Source: Glaucostegus cemiculus
Lineage: Eukaryota
Length of the DNA: 64,000 nt
Assembly (NCBI GenBank): GCA_976551045.1
Contig: CDPCPM010000060.1
Span: forward strand, 4,712,001-4,776,000
Direction of reading: 5' to 3'
Part shown: positions 35,956-50,150 of the stretch, piece after piece
Numbering within the stretch: the first letter of the stretch is position 1
Layout: the number at the start of each line of letters is the position of its first letter
Program-made: the position numbers and the translations under genes
Notes under the pieces: model-generated
What the model saw: only the letters and a program-made list of their open reading frames with translations
The model's database searches: none
What the model was told of the DNA's origin: nothing

Positions 35956-38900
35956 ATTCCTTTGAGATGTTCACCATGCTTCTACTAGCGTCAGCTTTTT
36001 CTATTACTTCCTCAAATGCATTATTGATGCACTTCTCCCTGTTAAAATTTTCATTCTCCCTCTTATCCTTGTATGGTTCTAGATGCAAAGAACGTGGACT
36101 TGAGAACACCTGGCAGACAACTGCCAGATCACATTATACATCTCTAACAAACTGTCCACTACTGCATACCCAGGATAGCCCTAGAGAACAAAGACAGTCC
36201 ATAATATATTTTCTCTACCTTTAGACTCTTTGCCCTAACATTCCACTCCCACCTTCAATAAAGTTTATAATCACCCCTCTTAATATTTCCCAGCCGCAAT
36301 GAATTAGCTTTGGATGTTACATACATTGAAAATACTTTGCAAATGCAAAATGCTGTTAAGTTGCAATGGAATTTGATTTTAAGAGACAAAATTTATTTAC
36401 AAAGATAGTGCTGCAAAGATTGTGATGTAAATTTGAAATTCAATTGTTAATATGGTGTTGTCCAATTAGCTAAGAGTTCGGCTTTACTTTCTTTAACAAA
36501 CCCACTCTAAATTATTTATGACTTTCATTCAAACCTGCAACCACTTTGCTGAAATGAGAGAAGTGTTACCCAATAACAACTCCCCCCAGACCAAATGGAG
36601 GCTGAAAAATGAAGTTAATCTGAACTCAAATTGATGAAAATGTGTCTTTTATTTATCTGTATCATCTGGTTTACAAGTCCTGAAAGAGTAACCTCACATT
36701 TCGTAATGCACAGATGCTGTCTGAACCTTTTGAGTGTTTCCAACATTTACTATTTATATTTCACACAATCCTATGTTGCTTGGCACAAGAGGGGAAATGA
36801 TTAGATTTTAGACAATTACCCTAATTACACACACTGATCAGGTGACTTATCTGATGGGGAAGCAGAAGCAGAAGAAGCGATATGGAGCTTGGCAAAGCAG
36901 AACCCAGAAAAAAATATTATGCATATTATGCTGGAAGCAGCTGTGTGGATTCCACACCAGCAGTCTGTCAGGAGCCTCAGTTCCAGACAAGATAGTGGTA
37001 TGTTTTCCCAATCAGCAGATATCCATCAAAGATATTATCTAAGAATTTAATGCAGGGGAAAGTCTTAAGATTTCATACCAATTACAAAAATATCTTTGTA
37101 TTGTACTGTAGCTTTCTTGATCAAGTGAAATAATTTGTACATTACAAACTTTTAGAGATTCAAGGCTGGAGTGTCCCAAGGATGAATAAGCACATAGCAA
37201 TCAGTAAAAATCAAGTTCCATATCCCGTGGGCATTGGATAGGCTGTCACCATGAGGAGTCTCAGGAGCAAATCCTGAACAACTCCATTTAGTGTTTCATT
37301 TCACTGGCAATGTAACAGTGACCAGATTTCAAAGGCATCCCATTGGCAGTAAAGATGTCTAGAGCATTTTGAAGACTTAAACTGTTTTGTTATGTAATTT
37401 TAAGGGGAAACAAAAGTTTTAATTGAGATCATACAGGTGATTTTTACACTATCCATTTAGTGTTCGGTTAAAATCAGACATCTCTCAGGTCTAAATCCTC
37501 ACCCTTGACAGGATCCAACATGCTATAATTTTTGCTCGTTCCTACAAGCAGGCAGCCAGGATCCTTTCAATATCTGCACATCTATTCCTGATATGTCATC
37601 AGCATTTTCATCAGATCCACTGTCTAAGGAACCAGGTCAGAGAGAAAAGGAACACTGGAAGGGAAGTTTAAGTTTCATTTTTGCTTGTTTTGGAAGCTAG
37701 ATAGAACATTAATTCCTCCAAGTACCAAAGGAATTCTTAGACTTTCACTGTGGCAAACATGCCTCCCAATGTTCCCACCCAGGCTGCAAGTACTCCAGAA
37801 TAGCCAATTTCACAGACTTAACCAATTTTGGCCCTGCACAAATGCATGTCTCATCCTGCCCTGGAAAGATGGGAATTAAATGCAGGCTAGGAAGTAAAAT
37901 GCTGAACACCCCTCCACCATCACTAGTAAAATTCATTGCATTCATTCTAGTGAAATTCAGGATACTCTATTTTTCAGCTATCTGTGAAAGCAGCTTTGTA
38001 TAAAATAACATGCTGCAAATTTTGCACAAAGACAAATTTATCTGAAATGTATGTTACACTTGATCTTGCAAGATCTTTACTGCACACGCAGCTTTGTTTC
38101 AAATACATAAAAATTATATTTTCTATGTAGCCCAAAGGAAGGGATTGGTTTTACATAGCTCTAAAGTCAAAAGTGAATGCAAAGTTCTCAGTGGAATGGA
38201 TGGTTTCATCTCCTCTGAGGTCTCGATGTATAGTTCCTTATTCCTGTGGACAAAAGCCCTAATTCAGGGTTAACTTAAAGATTTGAGAAAATGAAATAAA
38301 CAAGAAAAACTTACAAAATCTGCCATGTGGGTTCACCTCAACTTCAAAAGAACAACTTCCAAGTATAGAGACATTTATGACAACTGCCAGCTTACTTCTG
38401 CTGGTAGCACTACAGTGATAAATATTTCAGCAAGAAACTGAATACACTAGTAGCCACTGCAAAATAAACTAGAGGGAAGAGCTGACAGTATGGTGTATGC
38501 AGCTGTAACAAGGCCCTAGCACAGGAATTTAGTTTGTAGTAATTAGCAGTTTTCTTCATGGACTTCATGCATTTGAAAGTTTGATGAAATCTGTTAAAGT
38601 TTATCTTCTACTTAGTTTCCCCGCCCACCTCCCAATGACTGGGTGTGTTGTGTTGATTTAATTAGAGACTGCACAGTGAGTTGAACAACAAAGCAGCTTA
38701 AAATAGCAGAAGAGATACTTGAAGTCTCCAAAAAATGAAAAAGCACTTAAAAAAAACATGAATGTCAAAACACAGATGTTTTAAATTATAAACCAAATTA
38801 AAGCACACATTCCAAAGAGTTCAGAAACAGGAGGCATATCCCAGCAAAGGACTTTCACTATATACAGTAAATTACATAGCTTTAGCTCCTTTAAAAGGTC

Positions 38901-40409
38901 CAATTAAAATCGCAATAAAACTTAGTTATCTAATATTGCAGGTTCTGGTAATACTCTCAAATCATACCTCGAGCAAACTTTTGGAAGTGTCATTGGGATC
39001 TGCCGTATTTTTATTTGCCAAAGTTAACTCCAGTGATCTATATCTGGCATCATTGTGTCAAATGCTGTGAAGTTATAATGAAAGCTGCATAAAGAAGCTA
39101 CCCTTTGGCCAAGCAAAATGGAGATGATTTGGTAATCAAGAAATCTAAAACCCACAGTTGCTGGAAATTTGAAATAAAAGTAAACTGCTGGAAATACTTA
39201 GCATTTCCTATGGAAAGAGAAACAGCTTTAAATGCTTCATGTCCAAATTCCTTCACTAGAAGGGTCTCAGACCTGAAACCTTAACTAAGATTAGTTAATT
39301 CCCTTGTCAAGAAAATTTGTTATGCAAATGGTTGTAAATGCCTGAGATTGTTGTTATTCTATATTACTCTCCTCCATTCACTGCATTGTTCCTGGAAAAA
39401 TTACAAAGTGAATGGAGGGTTGGCAGAAGTTGTTGCAGCTTCTGTTTCCTCCATTCTTTAAACAAACTTTTGTTTACTGCCCAAATTAACCATAGTCCTG
39501 TACAATAGATGGTTTACTTTGAGTCGTGTGATCTGTCCACCCCCAGCTCATTGCCTGACTTTAAGACTCTCAATACTTGATAAAAGAAAATGCTGCAACC
39601 AAGCATCAGGTCAGACAGCTTCTGTGGAGAGAGAAACACAGTTAGCATTCCAGCTCTGCAATCTTTCATCAGAACTAGAAGATGTGAGAGATACAAGAGG
39701 TTTAAAGCAACTTCAGAGGCATGGGCAAATGAGAAGATGTGCAATTGGGTAGAAGACAGGAGTGCTCAAATTAACAACAGAGATCAAGGAAAAAGCCCAA
39801 TGTGTGTTGCTGTAGGACTAATAATAGTACTGGATCAGGTATTACTGACAACAACAAAATCATCACCAGCTTATGTTGTCCAAAAAAAAACAGGTTGTAA
39901 AATATAAAAATGACATCCTGGAAAGCAGAATTCTCTAGGGTATCATCCAAGGGCTTTATGATACGAGACAATGTTCTAACCTTTTGGCCAATGAGATACA
40001 AATCTTTACTTTCATCTATTTGAACTTATCTTGCCAGCGAAGTAAAGTTTTCCCTCCACCATCTCCATTCTTCAGACAGGTTAAGCCTGGAAATCTACTG
40101 GCTCAAGCCTTTTTACTTGTTCAATGATAATACTATCGAAATTGATTCACAATCATGTATTATCTTTATTTTATGGCAGCGAGTCTGAATTTCATAGTTT
40201 GAGTATCCAGCACATCTGTCCACATGCATCAGTATCACTCACTAGGATATTGGAAGATACGTGGCAAGTTGAACTAAGTTCATTTTTAAAAGCAGAAATT
40301 TCAGAGACCAAGCCCCCTTTTTTTTCTCCACGCCTCTTATCACACAGGCCAATAGATGCTTGGAAAGCAATTGATCACATAGTACAAGTCACATGTTAAT
40401 ATGTTAATA

Positions 40410-41570
40410 TTAGCACACTGGGCTTTAACAGACCTCTCCGCAACTGGATACTGGACTTTCTCACTAGCAGTCCACAGACACTCAAAATAGGAGAAAAATC
40501 CTCGAGCACCATCTCACTGAGCACTGGCTCCCCTCAGGGCTGTGTGCTCAGCCCGCCCCTGTTCACCCTGCTGACCTATGACTGCGTGGCCAGATCCTGC
40601 TCCAACCACATTGTTAAATTTGCTGACGACACGACAGTGGTGGGTCTCATCACGAACAATGATGAGACAAACTATAGAGAAGAGGTGAAGCAACTGGCCA
40701 TGTGGTGCAGCAACAACAACCTCTCCCTGAATGTGGAAAAAAACAAGGAGATGGTAGTTAATTTCAGGAAAGGTCGCTGTGTGCACACCCCGCTGACAAT
40801 CAACGGGTCTGCGGTGGAACAAGTCAGCAGCACCAAGTTCCTGGGGGTGCACATCGCTGATGACCTGACCTGGTCCATTAACACCAAAGCCCTCACCAAG
40901 AAAGCCCAGAAACACCTCTACTTCCTGCAGAGATTGAGGAAAGTGAACTCCCATCCTTCTATTATGAAAACTTTTTATAGAGGGACCATTGAGAGTATCC
41001 TGACACACTGCATCGCTATCTGGTATGGAAGCTGCTCAGCTGCTGGACGGAAATCCCTGCAGAGAATAGTGAGAGTGGCAGAGAAGATCATAGGTGTCTC
41101 TCTACCCTCTATTGCAGATGTATATATGGACTGATGTGTCAGAAAGGCCACAAACATAATGTTGGACCCTTCTCACCCCTCCTACCATCTCTTTACACTC
41201 TTGCCATCTGGGAGAATGTTCCAGTGCATCCGGGCAAGGATGCATCCAGACTGTGCAATAGCTTCTTCCCACAAGCTATCAGAACCATGAACTCCCTCAT
41301 CCCTCCCGCCAACACCAAAGGATGCTTGGCATACAAGAATGCACCAGCACTTTACATATGTCCGTTGTTTGCTGCCTCAGTATGCTCACTTTAAGACTGT
41401 TTATTCGAGTTGCTATTTAATTTTGTGGTTCCAATGTTGTTAATGTCTTTGTGTCTCTCATTGTTTTTTTTTTAATGAGACGAGCACCTTGATCTGTGGA
41501 GTACGGTATTTCGCTCCTATACATGCTGAATGTGTATATGGAAGTGACAATAAAACTGATTCTGATTCTA
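40410..41570 (+). mobile_element. Rex1/Babar-clade LINE, 5'-truncated (RT C-terminal half + 3' UTR)
   Basis: [57 protein letters not shown]; ends AATAAAACTGATTCTGATTCT. Confidence 0.92.
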
Positions 41571-44379
41571 ATGTCTTCAAACCTTATCCACATCAACAAA
41601 TGAGACATGGTAACTAGTTTCCACAGCAAATAACACCTCAGAACACCAAATTTTATGCAAGTCACCTGGTAAAATCAGTTCAACTTCTGTTTATGCACAA
41701 GTCAATATTTTCTATAGAAAAAACCAGCTGGAACAGATAGAATATATCGTTCAATATCACCTGCCAAAGACTTTGCTCTTTGACCAACTGAAGAGTCACC
41801 AAAAAGGCCAAAGCTCCACCACAGTGGGAGCATCAAACAGGGTCACAAGAAATGAAGCAGCTGCCCTGACATCTGGGAACACCCTGCCCATAGCCAGTTA
41901 GCCTAGAGGAATTGGGTAAAGGCTGGTGCAGTCACCATGGAGAGGCACCACAGTGTCCAGACAGAGACCCACAGAGGAAATAGGAAACAGACTGTGCTCC
42001 AACTATCATCTAGTGAGAGGATACATTATTACTGCTGGAAGGTTTGCTGCTGATGGACCGGGCTTACTTCCCTATACCACTGCCAAAAATGACTGACTGA
42101 CTACCTAACTAACTTTTTCTCATCCTCTTTTGATCAAGATGCAGGACTTTTAGAAAAATAAAGAATACATATAAACTATCCCATTCAACCAAACCCTGTA
42201 TTTGATGAACAGTCAGAAACTTTGAATACTAGATGCTCCCACATGCAACCATTTTCTGCCTGATTTCTGAGGTTGCATTTCACTTGAAAATCTCTTGAAA
42301 TTTTTCAGAGAATGAAGACATTCATCAGGAGACTGCTGGGTATCTCCTGAATAACCTGGCATAGTTAATAAAGATCCATTGATTTCTTTTGGATATTTCT
42401 AAAGAAACCACCATTCCTAATCACCTCTCATTTGCTTCTGGATGACCAACCTAGACCTATCTAACTAATCTACCACCTTTCAACGAGTTTCTTCCCAAAT
42501 TGCACATTAAGGTCACTTGATACAAAATGATATTGTGTTAACATGGTCATAGAATCGCAATCACGACAACTAAATAAGGTTAGTAAAATATCAGAGAGAG
42601 CTAGAGTGGTAATAGGGTGGGGGTAGGATCTGGAGGAATAGAGAGCAGGTTGAAGCATCCTTAAATATTTATAAACAGCAGTGTAAAGGTAGAAGCCTTA
42701 CATGTTGATAATTGGCAGTAGCTACCATCACAAAATCTTCTTTTCAATAGTCACTAATTGTAAGGCTAGTCATTTCAGAGAGTTTCCATTCAGATCAAAA
42801 GGACTTACTCTGAAAATATATTGTCATTGAGGACAATGGCACCAGCTTTCATTTAATACTCTCCATAGATACTGCCTGGACACACTGAATGGTTATAGGA
42901 TTTTCTACTCCATGACAGATGGCTACAATTATTTGTACAGCTTGTGCTAAGAATTAAACAAATCAGTAATCCAATTTGGAAGCCTTCATAGTGTAATGTA
43001 ATACAATATTATATGCCAGACCAAAGCAGTTACTATTACAAATTACCACTCATTATAAAAGCTTCCTATGTGTCAGCTTTCTTAAATTTCTTCTTGCAAA
43101 TGGCACTAAATAGAAAAACATTTACTAAAATTAATGAAATTTGTCACTTTGTAGCTGATGTTTGTTTTGTTACATTGGCCTAACACAAATAGAATACTAC
43201 ATCAACCACATTAAGGATTAATAATTCTTCTAAGCAAATAATGTGCAGATTCCAGCCCTTTTATTAATTGTAACAAAGAAATCTGCAGCCTTAAAACAAT
43301 GGGTAGAAACTTTAGCCAAAGTGAGCCATAATCATATATTACTGATCAATGAAATGCACTACAGTGCAAAACTTACAAATCCCCGAGTTGGTCATTGTGA
43401 AAAGAACTGTCAGAAACAACCTCATTGAAGTTTAAGTGTCTCAGTGGAACTCCAGTATACAGAATTATTAGACACCTTCATATTTAGTAATAGACAAGAA
43501 CTAGTGTCAAGCCAGTAGACAGCTGAATGTTCAGCATACAAATCTAACAAAGTATACTAACACACACACACCCACTCACTTAAGACACCCAAACCAGCTG
43601 TAACATTCTGAAGCTATGCACTATCTTCACCAGTCCTTGTAAAAGATCAGAGACATTCTCCTGGAGCTGCTCACTGATATGCAATCCTTTTCTTCTTTCC
43701 AACACCCACATTATTGCCAGAGTTCCTTGCAGCATTGCCATGTAGTCTCTCCCTCACTATCCCCACTATATTACTGATATGATCCCACCACCCCCCTATC
43801 TCCATAGAAGTGCCAGATTGTATTTCGACACACCCACACCTCATCCCACCCCACCTCGCCCTCCATGAATCTCTAATCCTTACCCTCTCCTGGCCATAGG
43901 CTTGGCTGCAACTAAGTCTTGATGAGACAAAAATCATCATTCTCCCACCACATCTATTCCATTCTGATGCAACCTTTTAGGGTGCACAAGACTCGCTGCC
44001 CTATAACATCTGCCATATTTCCAGCACGTCCAAACACTACATACCAAATCAGCCTGGTTTCCAGAGATCAAGAACAGTGGTAGAGCAGGCAGCAACTAAA
44101 ATATCCCACAAGCACAAGCGACCAAAGATTGTTTTGGAAAGAAGTAATCTAGTTTTCAGGCAGAGGGCTGCTCACATAGCGAGGCCTGTCACATCAATAC
44201 TTCACAACTTCACTCTGGCTTTGATGAAGTGTTCTCTTCCAGTGTGACAATGAACTCAGGACCAGAAGATTAAGCTGGAATTGTTTACTTCTCCTCTTCA
44301 GATGTGAGTAATGACAACCACCACAGCAACACTGGGAAAGTGTGCAGCATGTCTCAACACATTAATGAGCATGTAGAAG

Positions 44380-45350
44380 CTTCAGAAGCCCCTGTCGTTC
44401 ATAGACCATCTCTCAGGCTTGAGGATTATTCATTTCCTATACACATCTGCGGGTTTCAAGGTGGCTGATATACAGACTCTGTCACTGGTAGGGTGGGTGT
44501 TTCTTGGAGGGGTGGGTGCATGGATTGCTTGAAAGGCTCTGCTGTTTGTGCTTGGCCTCCACATGCTCCTATCATACAGATCTGAGGTGCTCAGTGCTTT
44601 TCCAGATGATCTTTCTACACTTTGGAGAAGTAAGAAACTAAGGATTCCTGTGAATAAGTGAACAGGTTACATACTTTCCCCCAGTAACAGCCGATAATCT
44701 GCTTGGAAATCATTTGCCTGGATGGAGCTTTGAATAAAGTGCTTGTCTCAGGAGTTAGGTTTTGGGCACACAGATAACATTCCCCACCAAAAGAGATTTA
44801 TCAGAGCTTAATGCTGCATTGAGAGGACAATAATATTGGTTCACCCTTCCTGCCAATGAATTTGGAGAATCTTGTGGAAACATACTGGTGGTGCTTCTGC
44901 TATACTTTGTCATGACAAGAGGAATAAGATCATACTGCTTCGCAAACCAAAGACAGTGCCAAGTTGAGGTCTTAATCTTCAGCTTCCTCATTTACATTGG
45001 AAGCAGTGAGGGATTTCAATGATGTTTTGCCCTTGCTGAGAAGTGGCTCATGAGCTCTGATAAGTGATACGTTTTCCAGGAATGTTGATTGTTGGTGGGC
45101 AGTATTTCATAGTGGGTTCAGGTTCTTAAAAACATTTTATCTTCCAGATATCCAGTACAAGGACCATCCTCTTATGCTTTATTGGAGGAACCAATGGATT
45201 CTTGAAGCTCAGTCTCTGAGCATGCATACAAGCAAGTGTCACCTGCATGCTAAAAGTCAATGACTGAGGTTGGGATGATCTTGGTTCTGGAGCTGAAATT
45301 ATGAAAGTTCCTGTTCATCCTGTAAAGCAACTTCCCTCCAGAAAGGAGCT
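44380..45350 (-). mobile_element. Degenerate RTE-like LINE 3' fragment
   Basis: Resembles the recalled chondrichthyan RTE 3' end (CAGACTCTGTCACTGG; GAGGTGCTCAGTGC..TCCAGATG); no intact frame remains. Confidence 0.4.
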
Positions 45351-46434
45351 TGTTAGAGGCAAGGTGCAGTATTGCAGTGGGGACGATTAGAGTGCACCAT
45401 TATTAAGATTATTAAGCAGAATCTCATCTTGCATATCACTGTACAGCAGATAGAATGGGAAGGACAGCCAAATTTGAAAAGGCTTCTCCGCAATAGTGCA
45501 GATGCAAGAAGCGTGACAACATCTAGATATGTCACATGACAAATCTGTCCCAGTTTCAGATTCAAGATACAATTTGGATAAACTGTCAGAATTAGGAGGG
45601 TCACTTTTAAATTGTAATCATTCTTGAAGAAAAATATAAATAAATGGCATAATTATTCATAAAAAGTGAATTATTGGTGAGAATGTAAGATAAACAAGTT
45701 GTAAATACTTCTCTGGAAAAGCCCACAAAATATGATGGTTTCAAACTACAAAACTTTAACCACCATATTCCCCGGCTGCTAACAGAGCATCTGCCTCCCC
45801 ACCAAACATTAATGACAAGCTAACTTTGTATCTAAATTCACCAATACTGAAACTAAATTCACCAGACTTAATTCATTCAATTAATGCTCAACTTTCTTGC
45901 AATGCAGACACAGCATTACCTTATATATTGCCAAAATAATGGCATTTGAAACATTGACCCATGTGCCACTGAACACTGTTAGAACTATTTTTTCTATTAA
46001 ATTACTAACTGTTGCTGCTAACTGGGTCTTTTAATTCTTAGCTATCCTTGCAATTTTAGGCCATAATTTTAAACTTTGGATATGATAGAACAGTCTTACC
46101 CATAATTCAAACCCCAGCCATGATCCATTTTAAGCCTCAGCAAACATTCCTATGAATGACTATCAGTTATAAAGGAAGCAACACCCTCTTTCTTTACCTC
46201 TACAAAATAAAATAGATTTATATTTTAAGACCGACATTTAAAGCTTGTATTTGTCAGTAACTGAAGCTTTTTAAGCAGTCATAGGGTTGAGGAGCATATC
46301 ATATAAACCAAGTGTAAACAAAATTTCAAACATGATATATTAAGAATTCATTTTAAATTGATGCAACAGTAAATAGGAGAATGTCTTCAACTCTTAGTGC
46401 TATAGGGCTTCAGTTTTTAAATATTTTTATTTAG

Positions 46435-47297
46435 TAGATAGAACAGTATGGCAGAGGAATAGAGTTTACACCCTACAATATCTGTTCCAACCATGATGCA
46501 GAAATAAACTAATCCCTTCTGCCTGCATATCTGATCCATATCCCTTCATTCCCTGCATATTCATGTTCCCATCTAAAAGCCTCTTGAATGCCACTATCAC
46601 ATCTGCTTCTACCACCACCCTGGCAGCATATTCCAGACACTCAACACTGTAAAAAAAAAACCTTGCCCCACGCATCTCCTTTAAATTTTCCCCCTCACCT
46701 TTAAGCCATACCCTCTAGTATTCAACATTTCTCCCCAGAAGAAAGATTCCAGCTGACTACCCTGATGAACCCAAGGACTGATGAAGGGTCTCAACCCAAA
46801 ACATCGACTGTTTATTTCCCTCCTTCGATGCTGCCTGACCTCCTGAGTTCCTCCAGCATTTTGTGTGTGTTGCTCCAAATTTGTCCAACCCCTCCTTATG
46901 GCTAATACCTTCTAATCCAGGCAGCATCCCGGTAAAATTCTTCTGAACCCTCTCCAAATCCTTCACATATTTCCTATAATGGGACAACCAGAACTGCAAG
47001 CAACACTCAAAGTGCAGGTTAACCAAAGTTTTATGCACTACAACACAACTTCCTGACTCTCATACTCTGTGCCCCTAGCAATGAAGGCAAGCATTGCATG
47101 CACCTTCTTTACCACTTGATCTGCTTGCGTAGCCACTTTCAGGGGGGTATAGTCTTGGACCCCAAAGTCCCTCTGTACGTCAATGCTGTTAAGGGTCCTG
47201 CCACAAATTGTATACTTTCTCCTTACATTTAATCTCCCAAAGTGCAACATTTCATACGTGTCTGGATTAAATGCCATCTGCCATTTCTCCGCCCATA
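46435..47297 (-). mobile_element. CR1 3' fragment interrupted by a PLE-terminus cassette
   Basis: Minus-strand ORFs give MAFNPDTYEMLHFGR, HKTLVNLHFECCLQFWLSHYRK and TRGYGLKVRG; insert at about 46764-46877. Confidence 0.88.
46764..46877 (+). mobile_element. PLE terminal cassette with CpG-decayed hammerhead
   Basis: CTGATGA-AGGGTC-TC-AACCC-AAAA-CATC-GACTG followed by GATGCTGCCTGACC...GAGTTCCTCCAGCA, as in 33330-33415. Confidence 0.75.
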
Positions 47298-47799
47298 ATT
47301 GTATCTTTCAGGGTTACCAATGGAATGAATTTGGTCCAAAAATAATAACTTATTTTGATGTTATTTTATTATATACCACATCTTATCTGAATTTCAATTG
47401 GTAATGACTGCAGAGGCGAGAAAAAATCAAAATGTTACACATTTCCCTTCTTTAAGACCATCTCCAGAGATACTTTTCTTCAACCATTTGCTGATGCTGT
47501 AACCAGCATCATCATCCATCGTCAAAAACCAAAAACAAGAATGTTTGTCTTTGCAAGCAGCACCATATCTCCAAATCACCCTACTCCTTCACATGTAGCA
47601 TATGGCTACATTTCAAATCCATTCCCATCTTTCCTGCAAAACCATGTTAAAATCTCCCCAGTCAGGTTTCCACCCATTATGGAACTCCCATTCCCCAGTA
47701 GAAGCCATGCACTGTGAGGATAGCCAATGTGCATGATCCCGTCTCAACCTCTCTGTAACCATTGACTAGCTACACCATTCTCTTCTAATGCCTCCATGA

Positions 47800-48060
47800 T
47801 GTTCCCTGTGGTTCAGTTGGAATACATTTTCCATGGAGTAACAAGCGTTTTATTTTTCAGGGACTTGAGCACATGACCTGGGTTGACACTTCCATTTAAT
47901 ACCAAGGGTGTATGGCACTGGAGATGCCAATGTTTGGCCTAAAGGATAAACTATAGCTCCAGTAAATGGAAAAGATCCCATGACACCATTTGATAAATCA
48001 CAAGGAAATTATCCCAAATTGGTACTAGAAACATGCACTCAATACAACATTTCTAATAAG
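47800..48060 (+). mobile_element. Deu-domain SINE relic
   Basis: GACTTGAGCACA...GACACTTCCA...GGAGATGCC...AAAAGATCCCATGACACCATTT matches the recalled DeuSINE consensus. Confidence 0.6.
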
Positions 48061-48349
48061 TTCTCACGTAAAGAGAAAATATTGGAAACATGTCAGGCAA
48101 GCCGGCATGAAATAGGAATCCAAACAACAACCTTGGGCAAAAGCTCTTGTGGTTTTGAGGGAAATACAAGGCCTCTATGTCTGCCTCACTAGTTAGACCA
48201 CCTGAAATCACTTCAGCTACAAAAGCACAAAATCTTGAAGATGACACGAAGACCACTGGCCCTATTATAACAGTTAACTTGTCCTGCCATCACCCACTTA
48301 ACTCCCATACCACTGGCCCTGTTTTTTTATTTATAACTCCATAAACAAC

Positions 48350-49330
48350 TTCTCAGTTACCTCACTGACTCATTTTATAAAAATATTTTCTTTGTTTGGA
48401 TGGAGTTTTCCAGATACCAACAATTCTGAGTGGGAATAAAAAATTCTCCTCCTCTCCACTTAAGACATTTGCCAACATTTTTAATTCTATGACCTTTTAC
48501 CAAAACGTTTTTATCCCTTCCCACCCTGAACTAAATCTCCTATCATTTGGAAACACCAATTAATTCAACTTCTAAAAGTCCCTTTTCAAAAAAGAACTTG
48601 GTCAATTTTTCCCCAAGTTCTCCTCATAGTTGATGTTCCTTGTACCATCTAACAATCTCTTGCATTCTTCCTAATGCCTTTACATCTTTCCTGAAGTGTA
48701 GTGCTCAGAATTAACTGCAATACACTGAGAACTGACCAGTGATTTATAAACTTCCAGCATGAACTCTTTTTATATTCTGTTTCTATTATGAACTGATGTA
48801 ATCCATGTAAAGTTTTATTATCACATTGTCATTTTATCCTGCCCTCTCTAAAGGATGTGCTTATGGACACCAAGATCACTCATCTCTCAAGAGTTTTCAA
48901 AATGATATCATTTATGGTGTATTATCTTTCCATATTAATCTCTGCACCATATTTATCTCCATTTGCAATGCTACTGATCACTTAACTTTCATATAAATGT
49001 CATCCTGAATTCTATAATCTGTCCTCATCGCTCTCCATTGAGTTGCTGTGTTTTCGCTCATCTGCAAACTTTGTAATGATGCTCCCTGCACCAAACAGGG
49101 GATCATTCATACAAGTTGAATCATAAACCTAAAACCCATGCTTGGCAAACCCAGTTGCAAAATAGCTCCCTGTCAGGCAAACTCTCTTCCACCACTGCCT
49201 TAAGCTTCCTGTCACTGAGACAATTACATATCCACACCAGCACTTTCCCCTTAATTGCAAGGGCTTCCAACTTCTTTACAAAATTCCTGTACTCTGTTGA
49301 ATGTTTTCTGAAAAATCCTCATCCTACAAC
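48350..49330 (-). mobile_element. Very old CR1 RT fragment
   Basis: TCATCTGCAAACTT (KFADE on the - strand) and CAGAATTAACTGCAATACAC (YCxxF-like), highly decayed. Confidence 0.55.
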
Positions 49331-49829
49331 ATATATGCTTGGTACACACAGTAATTATAAAGAATTGTGAAGAATACTCCATTGATGAGAACGGTATCAG
49401 ACTTTCCTCCCAAGGCTACTTGATAGAGAGCTAAATCACATTTGCTTCTTGAGAGGATTCTAGGAAACAACAAATCAGTATGTTTATCAATATGTTACTG
49501 AAGAAGTTTAAAAAAACAGGGTGGGGATGGCAACATACACAAAAGATAGAAGTTCCCACTATCTTACAAAGGGAACTGCCTGTTAAGTGTTTTATTTTCT
49601 TAAGAATGAAGCTGATTGCATGGTTTTTTTGGAAAAGGTAGACAGCATCATTTCTGTAGTTTATAACAAGGCAGATTTTGAAACAGTACATAACAAACCA
49701 ATCTTGAGAGTGGGAACAATTTCAAAAGGACAGATGATTTCGTTAGCTGCAGTGTCATAACTTGTTCATGAAATCCAACAGGCAAGAAGCCCTTTTCTGT
49801 GGAAATGGGCACCTCTCGTATTTAAAAGG

Positions 49830-50150
49830 GATTTAGGAGGCCCATCTGGTCCATGCCATCTCTGAGGGGAGCAATCCCATTCCCTTTCTTTTTTAAAAAA
49901 ACTGTTCCTCTGCAACTTATTCTCTCTCACACATACCTAAGGATTCCCTTTGGTCCTTTCTGCCATTAACTTATATCAAGTGGTAGTTTATAGTGGCTAC
50001 CAGCATATCTTTGAATTGTGGGAGTAAACCATAAAACACAGGGAAACCCTCATGAAGAGAACCACATCCACACTGACAGCACCCAAGATCTGATCGAACC
50101 AGGTCGCTGGAGATGTGAGGCGGCATTCTGAACTGCTATAGCTCAGTGCC
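49830..50150 (-). mobile_element. Decayed tRNA-derived V-SINE with CR1-type tail
   Basis: TGTGGGAGTAAACC (V-domain, reverse complement) and GATCGAACCAGGTCGCTGG (B-box region, reverse complement). Confidence 0.6.

Noticed and set aside
37500-37625. Minus-strand exon (SGSDENADDISG...)
   Set aside because: All three frames hit a stop before the good donor site.
38618-38636. GC box plus CCAAT promoter
   Set aside because: These are short motifs expected by chance, with no CpG island or downstream gene evidence.
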